The position numbers and the translations under genes are program-made. A DNA stretch of 64,000 bases, from assembly GCA_965644295.1 (NCBI GenBank), contig CBFFRP010000416.1, positions 1 to 64,000 on the forward strand. The letters are read 5' to 3'. The notes under the pieces were generated by a model. The model did no database searches and had not been told where the DNA came from. It was given only the letters and a program-made list of their open reading frames with translations. The DNA comes from Paraphysomonas bandaiensis. Its lineage: Eukaryota; Protista; Chrysophyceae. Shown in pieces: positions 63,758 through 64,000 of the stretch; position 1 is the first letter of the stretch; every line of letters begins with the position of its first letter.

Positions 63758-64000
63758 ATGAGTATCTTTGTAGTAGACTCAAGGAATCCACCCCTATCAA
63801 CCTTTCATATTGAAACATGTGTAGCTGCTTTTAACGAATATGTATCAGAGTCGATCTCTAGATATCTGAGAATACTAGAGGAGCACCAGTATATCCCCCG
63901 AGTACACGGCATAGTGATTCCTTCTTCACCAGATAAGGTGAAGATAGCGAATGGGCCTGCTATCAGATCGTCTTGTATTGCAGAGGTGTTAAGGCCAAGA
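63758..64000 (+). CDS. 5' part of a hypothetical gene running off the window end
   Basis: ATG at 63758 after a CA-rich leader. The frame stays open for 81 codons to the end of the window. Confidence 0.55.
   Translation, partial: MSIFVVDSRNPPLSTFHIETCVAAFNEYVSESISRYLRILEEHQYIPRVHGIVIPSSPDKVKIANGPAIRSSCIAEVLRPR

Overview
Eukaryotic nuclear DNA with a standard genetic code and many short GT-AG introns of about 45-65 nt. It is probably a stramenopile or chrysophyte-like protist (inference). Host genes: cytochrome b5-domain protein, Polo-like kinase, LIN37-like protein, a 4-TM protein, RPN11/PSMD14, COPI-associated protein, S10 serine carboxypeptidase, an acidic repeat protein, ASPDH, a single-exon 6581-aa armadillo-repeat protein, a PAS/LOV-like protein and THUMPD1. 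RNA genes: 4 tRNA-Glu, tRNA-Arg, tRNA-Ala and one D-arm-deleted tRNA-Glu. There are three accessory components. (i) An AT-rich virus-like (Polinton-like/virophage-type) relic at ~308-3150, with a fibre-like gene, a NUMOD4-HNH-AP2 nuclease, a shared promoter motif, several hairpins and a candidate Pol III small RNA. (ii) An intact, very young Ty1/copia element with TG...TA ends. (iii) The best-supported novelty: a ~510-bp non-coding retroposon family with no tRNA/5S head, a precise 5' end and 11-15-bp TSDs. It shares its 3' tail with a LINE fragment in this window and repeatedly inserts into its own copies. A 105-bp copy of the LINE tail has landed inside an ORF and brings GT...AG sites that would restore the reading frame, a candidate retroelement-made intron.
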